From Candidatus Hydrogenedentota bacterium (GTDB lineage Bacteria; Hydrogenedentota; Hydrogenedentia; Hydrogenedentales; GCA-2746185), in the NCBI GenBank assembly GCA_046583315.1, contig JAYGCN010000190.1, forward strand, positions 1-31,824: a DNA stretch of 31,824 bases, written 5' to 3'. Position 1 is the stretch's first letter; each line of letters begins with the position of its first letter. This document shows, in pieces, positions 9,886 to 18,800 of the stretch. Below the pieces are notes generated by a model. That model did no database searches and was not told the DNA's origin. It saw only the letters and a list, made by a program, of their open reading frames with translations. The translations under genes were made by a program, and so were the position numbers.

Positions 9886-10097
9886 GCAGCAGCGATACGC
9901 GATTTCGGATGTGTGGTGGAAAGGGGACGAGTGCATCCAATTGCTGCCTTCTTCCACCCAAATAACGTCACTGATTCTAAACCCGGTGCTTTCGGCACAA
10001 TCCAGAAGCGTGAAAATCACTAAAAATGTGTCTGTTTTGGAATCTTATTGGTTGTAATCGTCATGAACCCGTGATACTTTATACATAGAGATGTAAA

Positions 10098-10125
10098 TTG
10101 CAAAATAGCAATGTTCACGTAAAAT
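10098..10125 (+). promoter_or_regulatory. Putative sigma70-type promoter for the DUF1800-DUF1501 operon
   Basis: TTGCAA (10098-10103), 16-bp spacer, TAAAAT (10120-10125), in an AT-rich intergenic region about 60 bp upstream of the ATG at 10188. Confidence 0.4.
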
Positions 10126-10187
10126 AGTATTCTGGGCGAGTTGGAACTACTTTCAACTACTCCTCTCACCTTGCTAAGGGACATGAT

Positions 10188-11873
10188 ATGCCGCTACTGG
10201 ACACTTACACAGGAATATGGGATTTAGCCACTGCAAGTCATTTATTGCGCCGGGCAGGTTTTGGTGGATCACGGGCGGAACGCGACGCTGTTGCTGCGAT
10301 CACCTTATCCAACGCCGTCGAAGAATTGGTAAATTTTCAGTCCACCGATCCATATCTGGACGGTCCTACTCAGGGTACGGGTGTCTTTTACGGAGCCCCC
10401 TTTGTCGATCTGCCTACGGCGGAACCGACTGATCCTCAAGATGAATTCTACTGGGCCACGCTCGACTTGTACCACACCAGGAATTTCGAATGGGCCTCCG
10501 ATATGCGAAACCACTGGTTGTATCGAATGCGTTACAGTTCTCAGCCTTTTCAAGAACAGCTAGCCCTATTTTTACACGATCATGCACCGAGTGGCCTGTC
10601 GAAGGTTCGAGATACGATTCCCTTTAGGGTGACACTCGGAAACGACGGCGATCCAGACGACTTGTTGCCGCAGGGTGAAGTGCAAGAGTGTACGTCGGGC
10701 ACACTTCCTTATGATCCCTCGCGACGACACACCATGGCTATGCAGGCGTTGCTGGATCAAACCAATCTATATAGAACTGAGGGAATAAACAGTTTTGAGG
10801 ATTTTCTACTTTCGATTATACGCGATCCAGCGATGCTCGTGTATTTGGATAATTTTCTGAACGTGAAAGGAAGGCCTCAGGAAAATCTCGCGCGTGAAAT
10901 GATGGAACTTTTTTCTTTGGGCGTTGGGAATTACAGTGAATTGGATATTTTCGAAATAGCCAAGAGCATCACCGGTGAGGGGTTTCCCGATTTTACATGC
11001 GAGAATGACTACGACGCGTCCAGCGGTTTCGTTTCGGGCAACCATGAGCCTGGAAACAAGACTGTGTTTGGTCAAACCGTTTCAGAAGACATGACGGGGC
11101 TAGAGACGGTTGAAGTCGTTAATCTGATCGTGAACAAAAATCACGGGCTCAATCCGCCCTACGACCATTTGCCCGTGGTGGCCGTGCACATGTCCTGGAA
11201 AATCCTCACCTGGTTTGTTCATTCCGAAATCCAGTTGAGTCCTCCTGATCCAATTGTGCTTGAATTGGCCGACTATATGGTAGGCAATGACAATGGAGTC
11301 TATCCGCAACGACGCTACCCCTACGATTTCAAGGCGACCTTTGGAAAGCTCTTCCGCTCCGAATTCTTTTATGATTTTGCCAACCGAAATAATCTGTACA
11401 AGACACCAGCCGACTTTGTCGTTGGCGCGATGAAATCAACTGAAGCCGCCGAACAAAACTACACAATCCAAGCGGCGTGTGTGGGCATGGGGATGACCCT
11501 TTATGAGCCACCCAATGTGGCGGGCTGGCTACACGATAAAAATTGGTTGAGTTCCACCGCGTTGATCGCACGATACAATTTTGCCGATGAACTGGGGCAA
11601 CATCTGCAACTTGACTGGTCGTTATTCGCTGGCAATCCGGCCTGGATTGACGCGTTACCGGTTGCCTACAACGACCACGCAGGGATGATTCCACTAATCG
11701 GCGATTTACTTTTCCACGAACCGCTGACGACTGAGGAAACCACGACTCTGACTACGTTTTTGGACGATCTACCGATCTCAGATATTTCTGGGTGGAACGA
11801 GGGTCAGAAGCGGCGGAAAATTGGGTCGCTTGTTCATGTGATGATGACGATGCCGGCGTATCAGCTAAAATAG
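10188..11873 (+). CDS. DUF1800 family protein
   Basis: ASHLLRRAGFGG N-terminus, WLYRMRYSSQPFQEQLALFLHDH, DPAMLVYLDNFLN...PQENLAREMMELFSLGVGNYSELDIFEIAKSITG, LYEPPNVAGW, C-terminal MPAYQLK. Adjacent to a DUF1501 gene, the usual pairing. Confidence 0.9.
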   Translation: MPLLDTYTGIWDLATASHLLRRAGFGGSRAERDAVAAITLSNAVEELVNFQSTDPYLDGPTQGTGVFYGAPFVDLPTAEPTDPQDEFYWATLDLYHTRNFEWASDMRNHWLYRMRYSSQPFQEQLALFLHDHAPSGLSKVRDTIPFRVTLGNDGDPDDLLPQGEVQECTSGTLPYDPSRRHTMAMQALLDQTNLYRTEGINSFEDFLLSIIRDPAMLVYLDNFLNVKGRPQENLAREMMELFSLGVGNYSELDIFEIAKSITGEGFPDFTCENDYDASSGFVSGNHEPGNKTVFGQTVSEDMTGLETVEVVNLIVNKNHGLNPPYDHLPVVAVHMSWKILTWFVHSEIQLSPPDPIVLELADYMVGNDNGVYPQRRYPYDFKATFGKLFRSEFFYDFANRNNLYKTPADFVVGAMKSTEAAEQNYTIQAACVGMGMTLYEPPNVAGWLHDKNWLSSTALIARYNFADELGQHLQLDWSLFAGNPAWIDALPVAYNDHAGMIPLIGDLLFHEPLTTEETTTLTTFLDDLPISDISGWNEGQKRRKIGSLVHVMMTMPAYQLK

Positions 11874-11892
11874 AGCGAAGGGCGCATTGATA

Positions 11893-13467
11893 ATGAAACA
11901 GAGCAGACGAGAGTTTTTGAAGACCAGCCTGTCAAGCATGGCGTATTTCAGCACGGCGTCGACTGTTCCTCTGTGGCTTTCGAAATCGGCTCAGGCCGCA
12001 TGCGTTGCAGGAGTGCCGGACGATCGAATCCTGGTAATTTATCAACAGGCCGGCGGGAACGATGGTCTGAATACGGTCATCCCCTATACGGACCCCAAGT
12101 ACTATCTTCCAGAAAGCGGCGGGGGCTTACGCCCGAATCTTCGTATTTCAACAGGACTGCAACTAGGCGATGGCCTGAATGCACTCCATCCCAAACTACC
12201 CTTGCTTAAAGGATGGTATGATTCCGGAAACGTGGCTATCGTACAGAATGTCGGATACCCCAACCCAAATTTTTCCCATTTTCTGGGCACAGATCTATGG
12301 GAGCTGGGGGTGTCCCCGTCATCTTCACTCACCACCTCGCAAGGTTGGGTCTCCCGATTTTTTGACAACCAATGTAACGGTTCACCTCCGTCGCAGATAG
12401 ATTCGCTAGCAATGATGGCCAACGGACTCGTTAAGCTGCCTCTTGCGCTTGCTGGTAGCATCAATTATTTCCCGCCGGCTGTCGGTAGTTTTGATTCCTA
12501 CGCCATACAAAGTCCAAATCCTGTCGAACTTGGCCAACATATAGAAGACTATATTGACTTGCTGAATAATCTGACCGTTACGGTGAATTCCAATTTGGAT
12601 TTCATACAACGCGCCTCGAATATTACTCATGCTTCGATCGCAGACATGGCAATCGCCAATCAGATTCCCTTGATTAATTCGTATCCGGCCGAGAGTGCAA
12701 AGTTGGGCCCCGGTTTGGAGATGGTGTCAAAAATCATCAGAGCGGAACAGTTCAATACGAAAATATTCTTCGTGCAGCAGGGGGGGTACGACAATCATGC
12801 CAACCAATTCGGCTTTGATGGCGGCACGCCTGACCCCGTGAATCTCGGCGACCACCCAAGACTCCTCGCTGAGGCGGATGCTTCGCTGAACGCTTTCTTA
12901 GCTGACATGCAGGCGAGCGGGCATTTGGATCGAATCGTATTAATGTCTTTTTCAGAGTTCGGCCGACGACCTCAGGAAAACGGAAGTATGGGAACCGATC
13001 ACGGAACCGCTAACTGCCTCTTCATCGCAGGTGGCGAGGGAGTGATCGGGGGCGTTTACGGAGGACAGCCGGATCTGGCGAATCTGGTTTCAGGGAACCA
13101 GGGAGGAAACCTACAGCATCAAGTCGACTTCCGATCCGTTTACAGTATCGTGCTTCGTGATTGGCTGGGAGTTGATCCCGAAATTATCTTTGGTGCTGCT
13201 GATTACTATGATCCGACGTTTAACATCGCTTCCGGCATGGACGACATCCGATTCGTAAATGAAAATTCGGGTGTCGACATGGCCGAGGCATGGGTGGACA
13301 AAAATTATTCTGGATTCGAAACAGGCTCCTACGATCGACCGTTCCAGGCAGTTTCGGATGGTGTGGACAGAGTTGTCGCTGGGGGAACGGTCAAGTTGAA
13401 GGCCAGTAGTACGACGCTTGACACTGCGCGGACCATTTCAAAGAATGTGCGGATCGACAAGGGATAG
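11893..13467 (+). CDS. DUF1501 family protein with a twin-arginine-like N-terminus and an extra C-terminal module
   Basis: SRREFLK, ILVIYQQAGGNDGLNTVIPY, NVGYPNPNFSHF, GGYDNHANQ, MSFSEFGRRPQENGSMGTDHG, VDFRSVYSIVLRDWLG, then about 60 extra residues starting AWVDKNYSG. Confidence 0.9.
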   Translation: MKQSRREFLKTSLSSMAYFSTASTVPLWLSKSAQAACVAGVPDDRILVIYQQAGGNDGLNTVIPYTDPKYYLPESGGGLRPNLRISTGLQLGDGLNALHPKLPLLKGWYDSGNVAIVQNVGYPNPNFSHFLGTDLWELGVSPSSSLTTSQGWVSRFFDNQCNGSPPSQIDSLAMMANGLVKLPLALAGSINYFPPAVGSFDSYAIQSPNPVELGQHIEDYIDLLNNLTVTVNSNLDFIQRASNITHASIADMAIANQIPLINSYPAESAKLGPGLEMVSKIIRAEQFNTKIFFVQQGGYDNHANQFGFDGGTPDPVNLGDHPRLLAEADASLNAFLADMQASGHLDRIVLMSFSEFGRRPQENGSMGTDHGTANCLFIAGGEGVIGGVYGGQPDLANLVSGNQGGNLQHQVDFRSVYSIVLRDWLGVDPEIIFGAADYYDPTFNIASGMDDIRFVNENSGVDMAEAWVDKNYSGFETGSYDRPFQAVSDGVDRVVAGGTVKLKASSTTLDTARTISKNVRIDKG

Positions 13468-13517
13468 ATTAGACATCACTCCGCGACGCAATGATAAAAT
13501 TCGTTTTCGTTCAGCAA

Positions 13518-14327
13518 TCAATTACGAAAAGAACGGATTCTCAACAAAAGTTTTCCAATGATGGCAAGTATAACGAGATAAGCTGTATGCCGAGCGTTTT
13601 GAGCAGGTGCTCGCGCTACCACGACCAAGCGGGGACGATCTGAATCCGACTCCGAAGAGTAAAACTTCTTCACACGGTGGCGTGTTCCTTCGAGCGCACT
13701 AATGGCGATCCATCCTCGATTAGAGGTTGGGTTCGAAATCCATTCTTGCACGTCCTGCACGAGCCCGGGTGAAGACCAGTTTGTCATCGTGTTCGCTCTA
13801 CCAGCCGGCGATAGGGCACTGGGTGCGGAGTAATAGTCGCCCCCCGGTGTATCCCATGGTGAGATGTTATGTCGGCGCGATCGCCATGTTGCATCGCCAT
13901 CGTGTGCGGTGGCACCGAAACCGCCTTCGGAAAGACCCACGACGGTACCTTCTCCCCAGGCGGCGGTGACACGGTGTAATCCGTAGTCAATGTCGCCGAA
14001 ATTCCCACCCGATTTCTGAATAGTGAGTCTCAAGTTGACTTCTTCTACAATCCAATCCGGTGGAATGGAAGAGAGATCGCAACGTATCAGGGCTCGACGA
14101 TGTTGACGACTTCCGTCAAATTCGAGATTCAGAATGGTTCCGGAGTACACACCGGGGGTTCCGCCACCAGAATTGTCGGACTCCGAAAAAATCGTCGTAT
14201 CGTCGAATCCGAAATACCCGTCGGCGCCCTGTTCGAATACGAAAGTCTGGGGTTCAGATGTTTCCGGTGTCCACAGCAACGCGATCACGAACTGTAACAC
14301 AAGGATTACTTGTCTGCGTGAGAGCAT
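13518..14327 (-). CDS. Secreted DNRLRE-domain (disaggregatase-related) protein with a short C-terminal hydrophobic/basic tail
   Basis: AGGA RBS before ATG 14327, signal peptide, FEQGADGY..DDTTI, RRALIRCDLSSIP, GDATW...WDTPGGDY, VQEWISNPTSNRGW, FYSSES...RPRLVV, and tail AYLVILAIIGKLLLRIRSFRN. Confidence 0.75.
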   Translation of the reverse strand: MLSRRQVILVLQFVIALLWTPETSEPQTFVFEQGADGYFGFDDTTIFSESDNSGGGTPGVYSGTILNLEFDGSRQHRRALIRCDLSSIPPDWIVEEVNLRLTIQKSGGNFGDIDYGLHRVTAAWGEGTVVGLSEGGFGATAHDGDATWRSRRHNISPWDTPGGDYYSAPSALSPAGRANTMTNWSSPGLVQDVQEWISNPTSNRGWIAISALEGTRHRVKKFYSSESDSDRPRLVVVARAPAQNARHTAYLVILAIIGKLLLRIRSFRN

Positions 14328-14501
14328 ACGTTTTTCCTGATTTGCCCACGATAAGTCATTCAATCCGCCTCGCACGCATCGGTCAACGTGATACCGATCG
14401 GTTGAGACAGCATCAGGCGGGTGCGAGATCGAAGTTAGTATAACGAAATTGGCTACTCAATCGGAAATTTAAATGTCCCAACAAATATTATCCAATCTGA
14501 A

Positions 14502-15779
14502 TTACTTCGAGTCGTCTATATCGTAGGCATACAGAAAATCGCCATGGCGGATATAGAGGTGCCCCGCGGTGACGACGGGGTGCGCCCAACTCTTTCCGTC
14601 GCCGCCTTCAGGGATGGTGAAGGTGCTCACCATTTCGAATCCGGCATCCAGTGGGCGAACCAGGCCCATGACCCGGTTAATGCTGAGCATGTACATCAAT
14701 CCTTCGGCATACATGACGGAGCCTTTTCCGACGGCGGGGTCGACGTGTTCGATTTCACCCGTTTCCCAGTCAAGAGCGACCCATCGATTTCGACTCCGCG
14801 TGATGCTCGCTCCGTAAATGTTGCCTTTGGCCAGCACGACACCCCCATGATGATTGTCGAATTGATCGGTGCGCCATACTTCGTCTAGGGAGACCGTGCC
14901 GTCGCTGATCTGAACCTTCCATTTGATCGATCCCGCGCGAATGGTGCTGATGAACAAATGCCCCTCGTGATAAATGGGGGTGAGCGTGTTTTGATCGGTG
15001 TAGGATTCGTGGTCAATCCGCCACAGTAACGCGCCCGTGTCTGCGTTGACTCCGATGAGCGATTTGGAGGTGAGCGTGGTCAAAATGCGCAGGCCGTCTT
15101 GCTCAAAGAGAATCGGCGAAGAGTACCCAGCCGAATCGCCCGTGCTCGGCGCGGTCCATACGACCTCACCGCTGAGTTTGTCCAGAGCGATCATAGATAC
15201 GTCCGGTCCGCCGGGGCTGCAAATCACGTGTTCGCCATCAATCAGCAAGGATTCACTCAAGGCCCAACGGATGTTGCCGCCATGGTATTTTTCGAGAACA
15301 TTCAGCTCCCAAATGGTCTCGCCAGTTTTTCCATTCACGCAAATTACGTTGCCGAGCGGGCTTTCATGGTAGACGCGGTCGCCATCGATGGTCGGCGTTC
15401 CACGTGTGCCGGGATAGGAGTTGCCCGTCGCCCAGGCCTTTCCGTTTTTGGCTTGCCACAGAAGTTTTCCGTTCAGATCGAAGGCCGTGACGACGGTGTC
15501 GTCGCCAATATTGCCCGCCGTGTACATTCGGCCGTCCGCAATCGATACCGTGGAGAAGCCATGGCCTAAACCATTAGCCGTCCAGACTAATTCAGGTCCG
15601 CCCTCCGGCCACTCGCTCAGAAAATTGCCCTCAGTCGAGATACTGTCCCGGTTGGGCCCGTGGAATTGCGGCCAGAACGCGGTTCCTTCGGCGGCATTGG
15701 CTACGGTGGTCAACGTCGTGATCGCAAGAAGTATTGACAGGGTACGAGGTCGTGTTCGGAATAGTGATTCGATGATCAT
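14502..15779 (-). CDS. PQQ-binding-like beta-propeller repeat protein (BamB-like, secreted)
   Basis: AGGAG RBS, signal peptide (ANA-AE), WPQFHGPNRD, WPEGGPELVW, repeated GxxxW blade motifs, AGYSSP, KSWAHPVV..GHLYIRH..LYAYD. It lacks the catalytic motifs of PQQ dehydrogenases. Confidence 0.85.
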   Translation of the reverse strand: MIIESLFRTRPRTLSILLAITTLTTVANAAEGTAFWPQFHGPNRDSISTEGNFLSEWPEGGPELVWTANGLGHGFSTVSIADGRMYTAGNIGDDTVVTAFDLNGKLLWQAKNGKAWATGNSYPGTRGTPTIDGDRVYHESPLGNVICVNGKTGETIWELNVLEKYHGGNIRWALSESLLIDGEHVICSPGGPDVSMIALDKLSGEVVWTAPSTGDSAGYSSPILFEQDGLRILTTLTSKSLIGVNADTGALLWRIDHESYTDQNTLTPIYHEGHLFISTIRAGSIKWKVQISDGTVSLDEVWRTDQFDNHHGGVVLAKGNIYGASITRSRNRWVALDWETGEIEHVDPAVGKGSVMYAEGLMYMLSINRVMGLVRPLDAGFEMVSTFTIPEGGDGKSWAHPVVTAGHLYIRHGDFLYAYDIDDSK

Positions 15780-15882
15780 GCGGCTCTCCTGAGATTGAGA
15801 TGGTATCGCCCCTGTGGTCAGGGAATTGCGATAACCTTACAATCTTCGGGAGGTGCCACACAAATGAACGGAAAGATTCGAT

Positions 15883-18800
15883 CTATGTGCTTTCCTCGAC
15901 GCAAAAAATAAGGTTGCTGAGCTCATAAATGCGTAAGCCGTCTTTCGAGAGATTACCGTCAGCAGTGAGCGTGACACGCCCCTCGGTCTTCTCAATTTTC
16001 GTAATGTGCAAGTCCAGCGACATCTGTTTATTCACGGTAGTGATTTGGCCGCGATACTTCCACGATATCTTGTCGAGCACGTGATTGAATCGGGGATTCT
16101 TCATGGAGTCGCCGAAGCCCTGCTGAAGCGCGAAGACTTGCAAAATCTGGAACATCGCCTCAACACCCAGCGACCCCGGCATCACCGGATCCTGGTGGAA
16201 ATGACACGCGAAGAACCAATCTTCCACATCTACCGTACGTTCCGCGTAAATGTAGCCTTGACCCGTCTTCCCGCCATTCTCAACAATGCGCACCGTATCC
16301 ACAAACTCCAACTGCGGGCCAGCCAGACAATAATGCGGCTTGTCGGCGGGTGCTTCGAAGTAGCGCACGCGCGATTCAGGAGATTCCAGTACGATTAGGT
16401 CTATCGCGTCATCTGGAACGTCGTTCTCAAGATGCCACCCTCGCGAAATTTCGCCATTATCCAGGCCAAGCTGATGCGTCAGCTGATCCTTCACGAAATA
16501 GCCGAACACCGCCGTGCCCACATAAAACGGCTCGCCGTCCACTGACATTTCAAAGGTGAAACTTTGGATGATGGTGTTGCTCGAAGCCGTCGTTGATGTC
16601 ACGGTCGAGGTATTCACGATCGTTTTGCCCCGAAGATCGATTTCCTTCAACAACGTGCCGTCGCCATTAAGATTGCGGAAGAAGAGATCTACATCCGGAA
16701 ATTTTAGCGTCGTACCCATCCATGCCGAAATAAATCCACACGGTTGCAACGCGATTTCCATGATAATCGAATACGGCATCAACGAATCCACCGAATTGTT
16801 CATGTAAAACCACGCATCCTCCGGTACATCAAATTCCGCGACCACATAAGCAGGCTTTTTGAAGTTGCGGCGTTCGCCAGAAATATTCGTTACCCGTGTC
16901 GTCAATTGTAAATCCGCAGCAGGCGTGCGCGGTGGCGTGCGATCATCATACACCGCAAACTCTTCACCGAAACAATTCGCAACACGCCCCGTCGAAAATT
17001 CGTTAAAGTGATACCAGGTGTACGGCAACGTGTCCGTGACCGTATTCACGTCCAGCGGATTCCCGGCAAAAGGCTGAAACGGGGGGACCCGCGGCGGGTA
17101 AAGCCCCGGAGAATACTCGGGAATACGATTTCCGTTCACGCCAGCAAGTGCATGAGACGCGATGCCCGGTTTCGCGCTCGATTCCTCCAGTTGTATCGGT
17201 GCGACCGTCGTATCATCGCCATAGCCGTCCTTCAAATACAGTCCGAGATTCCTGAAATCGACCACAATCTTACCGTTCAACAAAATATCAATATTCGCCT
17301 TCGCATAGGGATAAGGCTCCATTCCGATCTCCGTCACCTCCATGCGATAGGTCAATGTGCCATGCTGTGGCTGCACCTGACCGCGACAACGAACCTGCTG
17401 TCCATCGCCCGGAATCGGCTGGAAGCGCGCGTTCGAGGTGCCCGTTTGCATCCCGAGCCACATTGTGTAAAAACGCAACAACTGTCCACATCCATCCGAC
17501 ATCAGCGAACCCGCCATCACTTCATCATTCTTAAAGTGACACGGGAAATACCAATGCTCTGGGTCCAGCGTTTTCTCGCCCACAATCAGACCAAGTCCCC
17601 ACGCGCCACCGGTCGGATCAATCTGCGTGATCTGTTCAATCATCAACATCTTCGGTGTCGAGAAAACCAGTCCGCGATTCAGCGCACCTTGATCGTAGTG
17701 AGTACCAAATACGCCGCTCCAATCACCGGAACAAACCTGTAGCATATCGTTGTCGTCGAATGCGTTTTTCTCGCAATTCAGCAGCGGTGTAAACGATGTC
17801 TTCACGATCTTCGCCCGTTCAGCGATTTCCTCATCCGTCTGAATCACACCCTTACCCGCATCCAGTTCCTCGTCCGTGAAGAAACCAGCCGCGCCGCCCG
17901 TCATCTTAATCTTCAGCACATCACCCACATAACAGTCATAACTAAAAAAGAACAACAACTTCTCGCCCTGTTTCGCAAAAGAATTGATCGATATTTCATA
18001 GCGCAACGTATCGCCTTCCATCGGGATATCGTCCATGAAACTTAGTGTACAATCCAGCAAGCGATAAACGCGATCGCCCTTGCAATCCAAATCAACACCC
18101 AAATAACTGATCAGCAATAGATCACACTGACCCGACTCGACCGACACCGCCCACGGAATCTGACCATCCACCGCATACCAGGCATCCTTCGGAATGTCAT
18201 ACTCAGTCGTCATGGAACACGGCTCAAAGGTACCCATCTCTGCATCCAGTTCCGTAACCCGCGTCACCAACAAATACTCCGTCGTTGGCAGGCGCGTACG
18301 ACGACGATAATCATCAATCACCGCATATTCAGGTCCGAATATGTTCGCAATCTTTCCCTCCGCAAACTCAGTAAGGTCGACAACATCCCATATCTCTCCC
18401 GGGATTCTGTCCCTACGCTCCGAGCGTTTCACAGGCACATCATGTCGTTTCGCTTTGGCAGGCCGCTGCTGTACAACGGGTCTCGCGACCGGTACTGGAG
18501 CCTGGACGACGGGTTTCAGAGCAGAGAGAGGGGGGGCGACATCTACTACCGCAACAGACCTGATCGAATCACGGGGCACAAGTGTTGCTGATCCTAGCTG
18601 CAACGCGATCAAGTCCGCCGCGTCACGCATACTCTCATTGCGCGATTCCAAAAACGTCGCGTGAACTTCATTCAAACGAAGTCGATTCTCTTCAAATTTA
18701 TGCCAGGAGGGTGATGCCATCAATGCGGGTTCCTTCATGCGTTTAGTTTCTTGCAGGACGGCAACAGGTAACGGCGCGTTCTTCGTTACAACGGGTGCCG

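Noticed and set aside
9826..10020. 64-aa minus-strand ORF with faint resemblance to a methyltransferase fragment (GFRISDVIW)
   Set aside because: No RBS, a stop shortly upstream, overlap with the RND 3' end, and a similarity too short to support.
14502..15779. Calling the beta-propeller a PQQ dehydrogenase or true BamB
   Set aside because: It has no catalytic or metal-binding motifs, no lipobox and no bam/der gene context.
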